Numbered from the stretch's first letter, positions 1 to 14,422 are shown. The stretch is 64,000 nt of DNA from an uncultured delta proteobacterium (GCA_963826785.1 CAWGYD010000008.1:416001-480000); one strand, 5' to 3'. Numbers and translations: made by a program. The notes: a model not told the origin generated them from the letters alone.

Positions 1-2
1 AG

Positions 3-878
3 ATCAATACCGTTCATATCAGTTGGGAAAACCAGCCCGCAACCCTGAACTTCGTCCGGGATGTCACTGTGGAGAAAAAGCTTGAAGAACAGCTTCAGCA
101 ACGGAAAAAATTTGAGGCCATCGGCATCCTGGCCGGCGGTTTGTCCCATGACATCAACAATGCCATGACGGGCATTCTGGGCAATCTGGAACTGCTCAAA
201 TATAAATTCGACAGGGACCAGCTGGACGAAGTCAACATGGACCGCTACTTAAGTCAAATTATGACTTCGGCCCATCGGGTTACGGATAAATGCCAGAAGC
301 TTCTGGCATATTCCCGAAAGGGAAGCTGCATCCCCCAGCCGGTCGACATCAATGATATCATTGTCCAGACGGTAGAGGCCATCCCCGAAACCGACCGGTC
401 CCGCATCCGGTTTCACACGGAACTGGCGGATGCGCTTTTCGTCGTGTGCGCCGATGCCGACCAGATGAAACTGGTTATCAGCGCAATCGTGCAAAATGCG
501 ATGGAAAGCATCCGGGACACGGGGGAAATTAAAATATCAACCGACTTCACGGCGGTCAACGCCGATTCAAACAAAGCGCTTCGCCCGGGTGTGTACGCCG
601 TCATTTCGGTCGTGGACTCCGGGGCGGGAATGGATGAAGAGATCAAATCCAGAGTTTTCGACCCGTTCTTTACCACGAAATTCCATGGCCGGGGAATGAG
701 TCTCGCCGCTGTTTACGGCATCCTGAAGAGCCACCGGGGTATTATTCAAATCGATTCAAAACCGCAAAAGGGGACCGCCGTCCGGATTTATATTCCGGCG
801 GAGCCATCATCGGCCGGCAACAACATCGATTTGAAAACCGAATCATTGCTGGCTGCCGGCGGCAGGGCAGAATTGTAA
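3..878 (+). CDS. Sensor histidine kinase, C-terminal part (5' truncated by window edge)
   Basis: Frame is open from position 3 (INTVHISWENQPATLNFVRDVT, PAS/PAC-like end). H-box AGGLSHDINN, N-box VQNAMES, G1 DSGAGM, F-box FDPFFTTK, G2-like GRGMSL. Confidence 0.9.
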   Translation: MNTVHISWENQPATLNFVRDVTVEKKLEEQLQQRKKFEAIGILAGGLSHDINNAMTGILGNLELLKYKFDRDQLDEVNMDRYLSQIMTSAHRVTDKCQKLLAYSRKGSCIPQPVDINDIIVQTVEAIPETDRSRIRFHTELADALFVVCADADQMKLVISAIVQNAMESIRDTGEIKISTDFTAVNADSNKALRPGVYAVISVVDSGAGMDEEIKSRVFDPFFTTKFHGRGMSLAAVYGILKSHRGIIQIDSKPQKGTAVRIYIPAEPSSAGNNIDLKTESLLAAGGRAEL

Positions 879-1180
879 GTCCGTGGGGTTGAGTCGGAGC
901 AGTTTGTTTATGTATAATCACAGTTGTCTCGTCGAAAAGAATTGTTTACCCGTAAAACATTTGATATATTCCAAGCGATTCACATCGCGTAATGCCAAGT
1001 TGCCATTTCATTTGATTATTGCTCTTTGAAACGCATCAGGACCTCAAGTTTCCCGCCCCCGTTTCACATTGTCGGATGAATCGAACCTGTCTTCCCGACG
1101 AAAACTAATTCGCTGTCTATGAAGTAAGAGTTTTTTCCCGTTACGACGCTCTCATTTATAATCAAGAAAGGTTTCATGCC

Positions 1181-1618
1181 ATGAAAAGGATCCATTTGAT
1201 TGTTTCTGTCGTCCTCTCATTTTCCTTGATATTTATCACCCTGGGCTGCAGCAAACCCAAGGAAGCCAAAATCGAGCTGTCCAGCCATGAGTTTTATATC
1301 AAAAAGATAAGTGATAATTCATACTCGGTCTACGCCCGGGGAAAAATCAAAAATACCGGAGAAGTCGATGTCAAAAAAGTGGTGGTGACCGCCTACTGCC
1401 GGTCCTGCTCCAATGAACTGATTCCCGGTAAATGGACGGTCTCGGAAAGAGAAAGGGCGCCTGTTGAAATGGATGTGATCAATTATCTGGTGGCCGGCGG
1501 AGAGGCGGATTTTAATTTTGCGGATGTGGCGGTGATTTATAATACCGTCCCCGAACAGCCGGAAAAAATGCCCGATAACATGGAGGTGGTGATCCAATCC
1601 TACGATATCGTCAGTTAG
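1181..1618 (+). CDS. Hypothetical lipoprotein
   Basis: Signal peptide with lipobox-like ITLG-C; beta-rich mature part with a CRSC motif. Confidence 0.7.
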   Translation: MKRIHLIVSVVLSFSLIFITLGCSKPKEAKIELSSHEFYIKKISDNSYSVYARGKIKNTGEVDVKKVVVTAYCRSCSNELIPGKWTVSERERAPVEMDVINYLVAGGEADFNFADVAVIYNTVPEQPEKMPDNMEVVIQSYDIVS

Positions 1619-1663
1619 CTCCATTCAGTGGATGTGGCATCTTGCCGGTGGACACCGCAATTT

Positions 1664-2281
1664 TTATTTTGATTCCTTTATCTTTTTGGCATGGACGATG
1701 TCTTCGCGTTCATCTTCTTCCAGCCGGTCTTCGATAAAGGCGATGGTATTTTTGTAGCGGGGCATGATGGTCGACTCCAGGGCATTGACCTGGCGCTGGA
1801 CTTTGCGGAGTTCCACGGCCAGGCGCCACACGGAGATGAAAACCTCCGAAGCCCTTGCCAGAAAAGACAGCACGTCCATCCATTTCTCCCGGGCCTCATC
1901 CAGGGATGCGCTGGTTTCCGTCATCCCGTACGGCGGATCGATGGCCTCGATCTCCATCTGCAGGATGGGGATCTTGAGCCCCATGATGGTATGCGTCTTC
2001 ATATTCAAATCCAGCCGGGCCGTGGGGGACAGGCTGATCCAGTCGATCCGGTCGCTTCCCATGCGCATGCGGGCCAGCAGCAGGGCCTCATGCGCCTTTC
2101 TAAAAAGGTCCAGGCTTTCCTTCTCCAGCGCCATGGCTCTGTCCAGCCGGCTCATGAGTTCCTGGACCATCACTTCCCGCTTGCGGTCGAGCAGATCGTG
2201 ACGGGTGCCGATCCCCTTGAGCTGATCCTTGAGCAGGAGCAGGTTTCCCCGGGTGGGATTGACGTTTAACATCTCGGCCAT
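1664..2281 (-). CDS. atpD: V/A-type ATP synthase subunit D
   Basis: N-terminal NPTRGNL, LLDRKREV, RQVNALE..P motifs; last gene of the operon. Confidence 0.93.
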   Translation of the reverse strand: MAEMLNVNPTRGNLLLLKDQLKGIGTRHDLLDRKREVMVQELMSRLDRAMALEKESLDLFRKAHEALLLARMRMGSDRIDWISLSPTARLDLNMKTHTIMGLKIPILQMEIEAIDPPYGMTETSASLDEAREKWMDVLSFLARASEVFISVWRLAVELRKVQRQVNALESTIMPRYKNTIAFIEDRLEEDEREDIVHAKKIKESK

Positions 2282-2282
2282 T

Positions 2283-3686
2283 TTATGCTTCCGATGAATT
2301 CTCTCTGCCGGTCAGATGGGCACTGATCTGCGATTTGTTCACCCGGGTCAGCTCCGCCTCGGGCAGCAGGGTCAGCAGTTCCCATCCCAGATCGAGTGTT
2401 TCCGTCATTTCCCGGCTCTCCATGTGCCCCTGGGCGATAAACCGGTTCTCGAATGCCTCCCCGAACCGCAGAAACCGCCGGTCACGCTCGGACAGGTCCT
2501 CCTCCCCGATGATCTGGGCGAGGTTGCGCACGTTCTGGACCTCGGTATAGGATGCGTACAGCTGATTGGACAGATCCTGGTGGTCCTCCCGGGTTTCTTC
2601 CCCGCCGATGCCGTCTTTCATCAGGCGGGAGAGGCTCGGCAGCACGTCGATGGGCGGATAGACCCCCTTGCGGTTGAGCTCCCGGCTCAAAACGATCTGC
2701 CCCTCGGTGATATATCCGGTCAAATCCGGAATCGGATGGGTGATGTCGTCGTTGGGCATGCTCAGAATCGGCATGATGGTGATCGATCCCTCGCTGTTTT
2801 CAACCCGGCCGCAGCGTTCGTAGATCTGGGCCAGATCGCTGTAGAGATAGCCGGGGAATCCTTTCCGGGTGGGGACTTCGTCCCGCCGGTTGGAAATCTC
2901 CCTCAACGCTTCACCGTAATTGGTCATGTCCGTGAGGATCACCAGGATGTGCATGTCATGCTCGAATGCCAGGAACTCGGCCAGGCTCAGCGCCACCCGG
3001 GGGGTGATGATCCGCTCCACTGCCGGGTCGTCGGCGAGATTGAGGAAAAGGGCTGCCTGGTTGATCATCCCGCTTTCCTCCAGGGTGCGCCGGAACGCGC
3101 GGGCGGTGCCGTGGGATACGCCCATGGCCGCAAATATAATGGAAAACTGTTCATCTTCCCCGGAGATCCGGGCCTGGCGGGCAATCTGCCCGGCCATGGC
3201 ATCATGGGGAAGCCCGTTTCCGGAAAAGATGGGAAGCTTCTGGCCCCGCACCAGTGTATTCATTCCGTCTATGGCCGAAATGCCGGTGACGATATGGCTC
3301 CTGGGGTAATTGCGGGATGACGGGTTGATGGGCGCCCCGTTGATATCGACCCGCTTTTCGGCAATGGGCGGCGGCAGATCGTCAATGGGCCGGCCCATGC
3401 CGTCAAACACCCGCCCGAGCATTTCCCGGGCCACCGGCGATATCATGGGATGGCCGCGAAAACGGATGCGCAGGCTGGCGGGGTTGAGCCCGAAGCTTTC
3501 CGTGAACAGCTGGATCACCGCCCGGTGTTCACCGACTTCCAGAACCTGGCCGAGGCGCATGGAACCGTCCGGCGCGACGACTTCGGCCAGTTCCCGGTAT
3601 TGGGCATTTCCCGCCCCTTCGATGACCAGGATCGGCCCTTCCAGGCGGTCGGCCCCGGCGTATTCCTGCATCAGCAATCGGTTCAT
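2283..3686 (-). CDS. atpB: V/A-type ATP synthase subunit B
   Basis: [53 protein letters not shown]. Confidence 0.97.
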   Translation of the reverse strand: MNRLLMQEYAGADRLEGPILVIEGAGNAQYRELAEVVAPDGSMRLGQVLEVGEHRAVIQLFTESFGLNPASLRIRFRGHPMISPVAREMLGRVFDGMGRPIDDLPPPIAEKRVDINGAPINPSSRNYPRSHIVTGISAIDGMNTLVRGQKLPIFSGNGLPHDAMAGQIARQARISGEDEQFSIIFAAMGVSHGTARAFRRTLEESGMINQAALFLNLADDPAVERIITPRVALSLAEFLAFEHDMHILVILTDMTNYGEALREISNRRDEVPTRKGFPGYLYSDLAQIYERCGRVENSEGSITIMPILSMPNDDITHPIPDLTGYITEGQIVLSRELNRKGVYPPIDVLPSLSRLMKDGIGGEETREDHQDLSNQLYASYTEVQNVRNLAQIIGEEDLSERDRRFLRFGEAFENRFIAQGHMESREMTETLDLGWELLTLLPEAELTRVNKSQISAHLTGRENSSEA

Positions 3687-5500
3687 GTCGAGGCCTCTGC
3701 TTCTGCGGCGTCCGACGGTTCGTCGGCCCCTCTTTTCTGTTGCGGATCCAGATCGTCAAGTCTTTTGATGACCGCCTCCCGGTGCTGATCGAGCCCATCG
3801 AGATCATCGTTTGCAATTTCGCCCCGCAGCCGGATGAGGGTGGCCGGATCATAGGTTTTCTTGATCTCTTCAATGGGCACATTTGCGCCGAGCAGATTTC
3901 GTCCGCGTTCATGGATATCTAAAAACAGGCGGAGCATTTTGACCTGCTTTTCGGGCTTGGCATAGGCATCCACCGGATTTAAGGCGTTTTGCTGCAAAAA
4001 TCCCTCCCGGAGGAGCCGGGCTGCGGCCAATACCCACTGCTGGTGGTCGGACAGGGCATCGGGTCCCACCAGCTGGACCAGCTGCTGAAGGTTGGCCTCC
4101 TCGTGCAGAATCTCCATGGCCGTATGGCGAAGGTCCTTCCAGTCGGCGGCCGCCTCTTTTTCCCACCACCGGGCGATGGGGTCGGACTGGAGGCTGTAGC
4201 TGGTCATCCAGCCCACCGCCGGATAGTGCCGCTGATGGGCCAGATCCCGGTCCAGCGCCCACCAGCACTGGGTGAAGCGCTGGGTGTGCCGGGTCACCGG
4301 TTCGGAAAAATCGCCTCCGGGGGGAGATACCGCCCCCACGATGGTCACCGAACCCTCCCGGCCGCCCAGCGTGGTGACCCGGCCGGCACGCTCATAGAAG
4401 GCGGACAGCCGTGCTGAAAGATAGGCGGGATACCCCTCTTCCACCGGCATTTCACCGAGCCGGCCGGAAATTTCCCGCAGCGCCTGGGCCCATCGGGAGG
4501 TCGAGTCCGCCATGAGGGCCACGTCATACCCCTGGTCCCGATAATACTCCGCCATGGTAATTCCCGTGTAGATGCTCGAATCCCGTGCGGATACCGGCAT
4601 ATTGGAGGTGTTGGCGATCATGATGGTCCGCTCCATCAGGGAATGTCCGGTCCAGGGATCGGTCAGTGCCGGAAATTCCTCCAGGGCTTCTGTCATTTCA
4701 TTGCCCCGTTCCCCGCACCCGATATAGACGATGATGTTGGCGTTCGACCACTGGGCCAGGGCATGCTGGATGACCGTTTTTCCCGTGCCGAACCCCCCGG
4801 GGACGGCGGCCGTCCCGCCCTTGGCCACCGGGAAAAAGGTGTCGATGACGCGCTGACCGGTGATCAGCGGCACATCCGCCTCCAGCCGATGTTGAATCGG
4901 GCGGGGCGTGCGCACGTGCCATTGCTGGGCCAGGGTAAGGGGTTGCGATTTTCCTTCGCGGTCCCGGATGAGCGCAATGCGGTCAGTAATAATGTATTCA
5001 CCTTCATCGGCGAGTTCGATGAGTTCCCCGCTCAGACCGGGGGGAACCATGATCCGATGTTCGATGAGCGGCGTTTCCTGGACCACCCCCAGGGTATCCC
5101 CGGCGGAAATATGCGCGCCCTTTTCGGTTCGCGGCTCAAATTTCCATTCCTTCTCATGATCCAGAGGTTTTACATGAACCCCCCGGCGGATGAATGTGCC
5201 GGAGCGCTCCTTGAGCAGTTCCAGGGGCCGCTGAATGCCGTCGAATACACTGCCCAGCAGCCCGGGGCCGAGGGTGACGGAAAAGGGGCGGCCGCTGCGA
5301 AAGACCGGCATGCCCGCACGCAGACCGGTGGTGTCCTCGTATACCTGGATGGTGGCCGTACCCGATGCCAGGGCGATGACCTCGGCGGTGAGCCGGTCCT
5401 CCCCGATCCAGACCTGCTCGGAGATGGTGAGTTCACCTTCCAGCCGGGCATGCACGATAAATTCACTGATCCAGGTCAGGTAGCCGATTGCATCACTCAT
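3683..5500 (-). CDS. atpA: V/A-type ATP synthase catalytic subunit A
   Basis: P-loop [50 protein letters not shown]. Start moved to the ATG at 5500, which overlaps the subunit E stop. Confidence 0.97.
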   Translation of the reverse strand: MSDAIGYLTWISEFIVHARLEGELTISEQVWIGEDRLTAEVIALASGTATIQVYEDTTGLRAGMPVFRSGRPFSVTLGPGLLGSVFDGIQRPLELLKERSGTFIRRGVHVKPLDHEKEWKFEPRTEKGAHISAGDTLGVVQETPLIEHRIMVPPGLSGELIELADEGEYIITDRIALIRDREGKSQPLTLAQQWHVRTPRPIQHRLEADVPLITGQRVIDTFFPVAKGGTAAVPGGFGTGKTVIQHALAQWSNANIIVYIGCGERGNEMTEALEEFPALTDPWTGHSLMERTIMIANTSNMPVSARDSSIYTGITMAEYYRDQGYDVALMADSTSRWAQALREISGRLGEMPVEEGYPAYLSARLSAFYERAGRVTTLGGREGSVTIVGAVSPPGGDFSEPVTRHTQRFTQCWWALDRDLAHQRHYPAVGWMTSYSLQSDPIARWWEKEAAADWKDLRHTAMEILHEEANLQQLVQLVGPDALSDHQQWVLAAARLLREGFLQQNALNPVDAYAKPEKQVKMLRLFLDIHERGRNLLGANVPIEEIKKTYDPATLIRLRGEIANDDLDGLDQHREAVIKRLDDLDPQQKRGADEPSDAAEAEAST

Positions 5501-6134
5501 GATCCACCAGTTGTTGAAATACCCGGTTCCGGATTTCCTCTCTTGCCGATTCCAGGCGGCCGGCAAACGTCAGGTCGATCCGGCGCCTGCCATCGATGTC
5601 CGTGACGATCAGGCCGCCGTCTGTCTCTTCGGGCTTGTCCGCGCGTTTAAAAACGACATCGCCCCCGGATAATCCGGATGCTTCATCCGCCCACGCCGCC
5701 AGGTGCTCCCCGGTGAGCAGCCTGTGGCCCTTTTGATCCGATGACAGCACCCGGGTGCCGTTTCCGATGGCAGATATCGCCGCAATTGCCAGGTGTTTTA
5801 AAATCCGGGTATATTCATCCTCGCTTTGGGTCAGCTGCTGAAGCTTCACCCGGGCCTGGTCCCACACCGTGTTCAACAGCGACTCCCTTGCCTTCAGGTA
5901 CTGGCTTTTTTCCTCGATCGTTCTTTTCATGCGGCGGTGAAGGCGGATTTCACGGGCGCGTTTACGCGCGTCGGACAGGATTTCTCCACGGACCTTATCG
6001 GCCCGGCTTTTGGCCTGATCCGCAATGTGGGCGGCATTCTGCTTCGCCTGGGTTTCGATGTCATGAATTTCGCTGCTGGACACGTGCCGGATCGCTGTGG
6101 TCAGTTCATCCGGATCGCCGATGACGTTTGGCAT
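5493..6134 (-). CDS. atpE: V/A-type ATP synthase subunit E
   Basis: N-terminal coiled coil; C-terminal GGLIV..DG..RIDLTF..RL; position in operon. Confidence 0.88.
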   Translation of the reverse strand: MPNVIGDPDELTTAIRHVSSSEIHDIETQAKQNAAHIADQAKSRADKVRGEILSDARKRAREIRLHRRMKRTIEEKSQYLKARESLLNTVWDQARVKLQQLTQSEDEYTRILKHLAIAAISAIGNGTRVLSSDQKGHRLLTGEHLAAWADEASGLSGGDVVFKRADKPEETDGGLIVTDIDGRRRIDLTFAGRLESAREEIRNRVFQQLVDHE

Positions 6135-6142
6135 TTTACCTC

Positions 6143-6445
6143 CTACACGCTGATGCCGATGGCCCGGCGGACCATTTCAGCCATCGACTGTTCCGGGGGC
6201 TTGAGATCTTTGCCGGGAATTTCGATGATGATGGGGGAAAGGCGTTTCATTTTAAGCCGGTCCACCTGTTGGCGCATCTGCTCCGCCATTTTCCGGGTGA
6301 TGAGCAGAAGCTGGATCCGATCGTCTGAAAGCGCCTGATCCAGGGCATCGAGCGCCTCCTCCCGGCTTTCCGCCGTTTTTCCTGAAACACCCACCAGCTG
6401 CATGCCCAGAACCGTCTCCCGGTCCCCGATCACGTGTACGGTCAT
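6143..6445 (-). CDS. atpF: V/A-type ATP synthase subunit F
   Basis: VIGDRETVLGMQLVGV, PIIIEIP, MVRRAIGI; 100 aa. Confidence 0.93.
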   Translation of the reverse strand: MTVHVIGDRETVLGMQLVGVSGKTAESREEALDALDQALSDDRIQLLLITRKMAEQMRQQVDRLKMKRLSPIIIEIPGKDLKPPEQSMAEMVRRAIGISV

Positions 6446-6500
6446 GAAGCACGCCCCCGCCGCAAGGGATCATGGTTTTTACATCCGATGGATGCCATCA

Positions 6501-9936
<3,436 letters not shown>

Positions 9937-9938
9937 GA

Positions 9939-10871
9939 TCAGAGCGCCTCCCGATTGCTTTCGGCAAAAATCCGGTGGGGATGGACGGCCTTCTCCCGGA
10001 GGGTGCGAAACAGCGCATCCATCTCCTTTTCGGGGATGGCGGCGTCAAATATCACCATTTCACCGGTCCGGCCATACCGATCCAGAATCCGGGCTGTTTT
10101 CAGTGCCGCTTGCGCCTGGTGGTCCGCCTCGACCAGATGATCGGCCCAGTCTTTTGCCAGGCGCTGCCGGTTCCGGGAAATACTTTCCAGATTTTCCCGA
10201 AGGACTGCGATCCGGTGCTCGAGATCCTGGCGTTCACGGCCGGCCGCGGGTTCCCATGGGTCCAGTTCAAGCGCTTCATAAAACAGGGACTGAAGGATCC
10301 GCGTGAGGACAAAAACATCTTTTTGAAGGGCGGATGCGGCGATAAACCATTTTCCGCCGGACTCGAAGATCGGCATGATGACAAGCGGGGTTGAAACGGC
10401 GGCCAGATGGATCCTGTCCTTCTGGTCCGACGGAATCCATCCGCATTCCAGATGAATGTAGGATAGGTGCTGCATCTGCCGGAACGAAATTCCCACCTGC
10501 TGCAACCGCTCCCAGTTTTTAGAAAGGATGCGCAGCCGCTCTAGCTGCGCATTCACCTCATTTTTCCGTTCCTCCAGGGCCTGAAGTTTTTCCTCGATTT
10601 CCTCCAGGAGTCTTTGACCGTCATCGACGGCCTTTTCGATATTGATGCCCGGCAGCGGCTTTTTTTCCACGGCATCCGAGATATGCAGGGCTTGTTTCAG
10701 CCTGTGCAGCCGATGGGTGTTGTCCAGTAAACGCTCGACCAGATCGTGCCATTTGCCGGCCCCCCTTTCTTGCCCCGGTTCAAAGCGCAGATCTTCAAAC
10801 CGGGCCAGGGCCGCCGCCACCGGCTCCAGATCGGCTTCATGGATGGCCATGCTGACTTTCGTGCGGTTCAT
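9939..10871 (-). CDS. Stand-alone soluble paralogue of the subunit I N-terminal domain (no transmembrane part)
   Basis: Aligns by eye with subunit I residues 1 to ~330 (MNRTKVSMAIHEADLEPVAAALARF; WHDLVER; HLECGWIP..PLVIMPI; W...L...; IFDAAIP). ATG overlaps the subunit C stop (ATGA). Confidence 0.8.
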   Translation of the reverse strand: MNRTKVSMAIHEADLEPVAAALARFEDLRFEPGQERGAGKWHDLVERLLDNTHRLHRLKQALHISDAVEKKPLPGINIEKAVDDGQRLLEEIEEKLQALEERKNEVNAQLERLRILSKNWERLQQVGISFRQMQHLSYIHLECGWIPSDQKDRIHLAAVSTPLVIMPIFESGGKWFIAASALQKDVFVLTRILQSLFYEALELDPWEPAAGRERQDLEHRIAVLRENLESISRNRQRLAKDWADHLVEADHQAQAALKTARILDRYGRTGEMVIFDAAIPEKEMDALFRTLREKAVHPHRIFAESNREAL

Positions 10872-11938
10872 GCATACCCCCGTTTTCCGATCAGGCACGG
10901 GCGGATCCGATCGGTCGGCCATCCGTAGGCGACGCCCTCCAGGGTGGTAATCAGATCTTCCACTTCCGATTCGACGAGCACCAGGTACGCCAGTATGGTC
11001 CCGAAGTGCAGGGGATAATGCATCAGTGTTTCAAGGGCCAGTCCATGCAGGTACCGGCGAAAAATGACTTCAAGATCGACCAGGGCATCCCGGGTACGCT
11101 GGTCCTGCAGCCGGTCCATATCGGGCAGACGGCCGTCCCAGATGGCGCTGATGATTTCGACCAGGGAACCGCCCGACGCCGCCCCCTGGATAAGCGCCGC
11201 ATTCACGCGGCCTCCGGTGGGCAGGGAATAGCCGAGAATGGTTTCGGGTTCCAGGTGAAAGAAAATCCGGTAGCGATATGCCCACAGGATATTGCGGCTG
11301 TCGATGATCGTGCCGACAATCCGCTGCGCATCCCTTCCGTCCCTGCCCGCAAGACGGTTGAGCAGATCCTGCAGCCGGCGGTAATAGGCCAGGTACAAGG
11401 CCACTTCCAGTATAAAAACATTGTCCCGGCGGATATATTCATTATAAGCGTTCTCCAGGGCACGGGCATAGAAGCGGCCGAAAAACGACATCTTGATTCG
11501 GCCGATGGCGTCATGCACGGAACTGGCGTTGCTCAGGACATGCCAGTCGAACTGGGTCCCGGCCCGCAGCGGAACCAGAAAAGACCGGATCCGGGCGGCC
11601 GGAATGCGGTTATGGAGGCCGCGCAGCAAAATGACCAGGTTGCTGATCTCAAACGGCCGCCAGAGCCAGTCGACCATATCGCTCACCGCGCCCTGCAGAA
11701 AGGGGATCGGCAACCGGAAACGGTCCGAAAGGAAACGGCGCAGCCGTTTTTCAATCTCCTCGATGTTTTGAGGCTGATCGGCAAACAGTTCTCCATAAGC
11801 GGTGCCGGCGGCTGCGGAAAGAAAGCCCTGGGTATCCGATGCGGTTATAAGGACCTCCCAGTCCGCATCTGAAAGCATGCGGCCGATGGCTGCCCGCACG
11901 GCGGCATGCGGGGCGGCATATGTGAACATGTCCATCAT
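10868..11938 (-). CDS. atpC: V/A-type ATP synthase subunit C (d)
   Basis: YAAPHAAVRAAIGRMLS, EISNLVILLRG, IDSRNILWAYR, LAYLVLVESEVEDL; 356 aa. Confidence 0.88.
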   Translation of the reverse strand: MMDMFTYAAPHAAVRAAIGRMLSDADWEVLITASDTQGFLSAAAGTAYGELFADQPQNIEEIEKRLRRFLSDRFRLPIPFLQGAVSDMVDWLWRPFEISNLVILLRGLHNRIPAARIRSFLVPLRAGTQFDWHVLSNASSVHDAIGRIKMSFFGRFYARALENAYNEYIRRDNVFILEVALYLAYYRRLQDLLNRLAGRDGRDAQRIVGTIIDSRNILWAYRYRIFFHLEPETILGYSLPTGGRVNAALIQGAASGGSLVEIISAIWDGRLPDMDRLQDQRTRDALVDLEVIFRRYLHGLALETLMHYPLHFGTILAYLVLVESEVEDLITTLEGVAYGWPTDRIRPCLIGKRGYA

Positions 11939-11952
11939 GGTCGCATCATGGT

Positions 11953-12282
11953 TTACTCCGTTTTTGCGGTGACCCAGTCCACCAGGAAATCGACCGCCCG
12001 GTTCATGTTGTCCCGGGCGTGCCGGCGCAGCACCTGGATATCCGGGGATTCATCGGATGCCCCCGTGGCCTGTTCGGCCTCGGATGCTTCGACCAGGGCG
12101 TCGGCTTCGGATTGCGCCTCCTTTCGGGCCCTGTTCACCATTTCTTCCGCCCGGTTCCTTGCCGCCTCTATGGTCGATTCCGCCTCTCTTCGGGCGTTTT
12201 CCACATTCTGGCGGGCATTTCTGTCCGCATCGAATAATTGCCGGATGATGTTCTGATGTTCTGAAACGTTTTTTCCGGGCAT
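11953..12282 (-). CDS. V/A-type ATP synthase subunit H/G (peripheral stalk)
   Basis: 109 aa Ala/Glu/Arg coiled coil (ARREAESTIEAARNRAEE); first gene of the operon. Confidence 0.8.
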   Translation of the reverse strand: MPGKNVSEHQNIIRQLFDADRNARQNVENARREAESTIEAARNRAEEMVNRARKEAQSEADALVEASEAEQATGASDESPDIQVLRRHARDNMNRAVDFLVDWVTAKTE

Positions 12283-12365
12283 ACGATTTTTCCTGTACTT
12301 AAAAACACGATCAGGTTGTACCGAAATGATGAAACGATTGGACCTGAAGGACCGTTGTGATCAGG

Positions 12366-13055
12366 TTAGAAGGGGATTTCGACAAACATTTTGCATTCAC
12401 CGGAATCTCCCATGCTGCTTTCGAAAAAAAGATGCCGGCCGATTTCAAGTTCACCGATAATGTATTTCCCCGACAGGTCCGAACCGATCTTCCAGTTGAT
12501 CCGATCCGGAATCAATTCCTGCACGATCGGGCTCCGGGTGACCGCCTCTTTGACTCTGAACATGAAGCCGCCATTGAACTCGACATTTTCCTTGACCGCC
12601 CACTGGGAATCTTCCCTGATATTGACCCCGCCTTTGAGCTTCAATCTCTTCACATAATCATCCATCCGGTGCTCGACATCATGAAACATTTCCCGAAGCC
12701 CGGCAAACACATCGAATTCCTTCATGGCAAGTTCGATCATCTCGAGTTTATGGGGCCGCTCCCTGTCCGGTCCGCTGCAATAATCGGCAGGCCATTTGAT
12801 CCGATCTTCCTCCCTCCGGCAGGAAAGCGCCATGGGGTCGATGTCCGCCCGGTCAAACACGAATTTGAGTTCCCGACCAAACAGCGGATGCACGTTTAGC
12901 GTCAGACGGTTGCCCGATTCGGAAACCGCAAAACGAGGACCTGTAAAAGCGTCGCCTGCCGCACCTGCAGCCCCGATGAAGAAAAGCAGGTATACGGCTG
13001 TCATTACAATGAGTCGAACCGACAGGGGGATGATCTGATCCAGCGTCTGCGGCAT
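12366..13055 (-). CDS. Hypothetical exported protein
   Basis: GGGGAG RBS; signal-peptide-like N-terminus ending AGA; C-terminal aromatic residue (EIPF). Confidence 0.55.
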   Translation of the reverse strand: MPQTLDQIIPLSVRLIVMTAVYLLFFIGAAGAAGDAFTGPRFAVSESGNRLTLNVHPLFGRELKFVFDRADIDPMALSCRREEDRIKWPADYCSGPDRERPHKLEMIELAMKEFDVFAGLREMFHDVEHRMDDYVKRLKLKGGVNIREDSQWAVKENVEFNGGFMFRVKEAVTRSPIVQELIPDRINWKIGSDLSGKYIIGELEIGRHLFFESSMGDSGECKMFVEIPF

Positions 13056-13505
13056 TCAGGTAGTTGCTCCCCGTTGAATATGGTTTTAACGACATCCGCA
13101 ATTTCAAAAAATCATAGGTATGCAAAGCAAGGGCGTCAACAGGTCCGCTGCACATCAGGCAATCCATAACTTACCTGTTTTATATTCATTATTCTCGACA
13201 TCAGGTTCTGAGCAGCTCACAATAGAGCCTTGTTTTTCCGAAAATACATGATGCCACTCATGAACAACTTGAGCCTGTAAATATCAGCCGGGTGAACCCG
13301 CTTCTTGCACGAATTCCCCGTCCGCAGATTGAAACGTTGAGCATATCTGCCATCAAAAAACCGGGTTCGCCGGTTATCGTGCGATTCAGACCTTTTCTTG
13401 GTCGATTAAATTCAAATGCTTATATTAATATATGACAGAATCCATCGGGATAAGCACTCACATGTAAACCCGGAAACGCTTTAAAACCGGGAAGGGAGAG
13501 GCCGA

Positions 13506-13715
13506 ATGCAAAAACCAAAAGGAACGGATTTTAAATGCAGACGCAGCAACTGCTGGATCACGAACGCGGCCTGTCGCAAGCGGCAGCGGATCGCTAAACG
13601 GCAGCAGGAAACGCCTGCAGCTATATCCAGAATCTATTCCATTGCTTCTCTCGAGGATTGCCTCAATTGCCAGCAGGCACAAGAATCCGGAATCATGCCG
13701 TTTCCAGTCACCTGA
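13506..13715 (+). CDS. Small Cys-rich hypothetical protein
   Basis: Purine-rich RBS (GGAAGGGAGAGG); C-x4-C-x6-C ... CxxC pattern. Confidence 0.5.
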   Translation: MQKPKGTDFKCRRSNCWITNAACRKRQRIAKRQQETPAAISRIYSIASLEDCLNCQQAQESGIMPFPVT

Positions 13716-13900
13716 CGTTCACCCCGGTCAATTCCGAAAGCATCGCCCCCCTGGACAAGACCGCAGCAGGTCGGGACTGCCGGTCTTGACCCGGGAACGA
13801 ATTGGATACATACATTAATAAAATCAAAAACTTATCCCGAACATTTCCATCGGCGACCGGTCACGGAGACCGCCTTTTTAAAAAAAATGCGGAAAAAAAG

Positions 13901-13929
13901 TTGACATCCCGGGAAGAACTCTTTATTGT
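13901..13929 (+). promoter_or_regulatory. Sigma-70 promoter for marR (probably a leaderless transcript)
   Basis: TTGACA-17 nt-TATTGT, with ATG 7 nt downstream and no SD sequence. Confidence 0.7.
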
Positions 13930-13936
13930 TCACACT

Positions 13937-14422
13937 ATGAACGAAAAAAAACTATCTGCTTTCCGCACAAACCCGCCGGCGGCTTTTCAGGTGACCCGGC
14001 TCAAGGAACTGGTGACGGATATGGTCAAATGCTGCGAAGATCGCAGGATCTATGAGCATTCCCGCTTCGGCCTCCCCTATGGGGAATTGCGCTGCCTGAT
14101 GCTGTTTGACGGCGAGCATTACCTGACCGTCAAAACCCTTGCGAAAAAAATGGATGTGGCCAAGAGCCGGGTGACCCAGGTGGTGGACCAGCTGTCCGGA
14201 AAAGGGTACCTGACCAAACTCGACGACCCTGCGGACGCCCGGGTGAAGCTCATCGGCCTTACCGCCGCCGGCCGGGAAAAAGTGCGCCAGGTGGATGATT
14301 TCTACAAGGAAATTCATCGGGAAATTTTAAAGCAGATCAGCGAAGAAGATCGAAAAATGCTGCTGTCGTACATGGAAATGCTTCACGGGGCCATGGAAAC
14401 GGTCCGGGAAAAGCTGGTGTAA
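13937..14422 (+). CDS. MarR family transcriptional regulator
   Basis: LTVKTLAKKMDVAKSRVTQVVDQLSGKGYL...DPADARVKLIGLTAAG winged helix. Confidence 0.92.
   Translation: MNEKKLSAFRTNPPAAFQVTRLKELVTDMVKCCEDRRIYEHSRFGLPYGELRCLMLFDGEHYLTVKTLAKKMDVAKSRVTQVVDQLSGKGYLTKLDDPADARVKLIGLTAAGREKVRQVDDFYKEIHREILKQISEEDRKMLLSYMEMLHGAMETVREKLV

Noticed and set aside
13802..13936. N-terminal extension of MarR in the ORF track
   Set aside because: It overlaps the promoter; ATG 13937 gives a normal MarR length.
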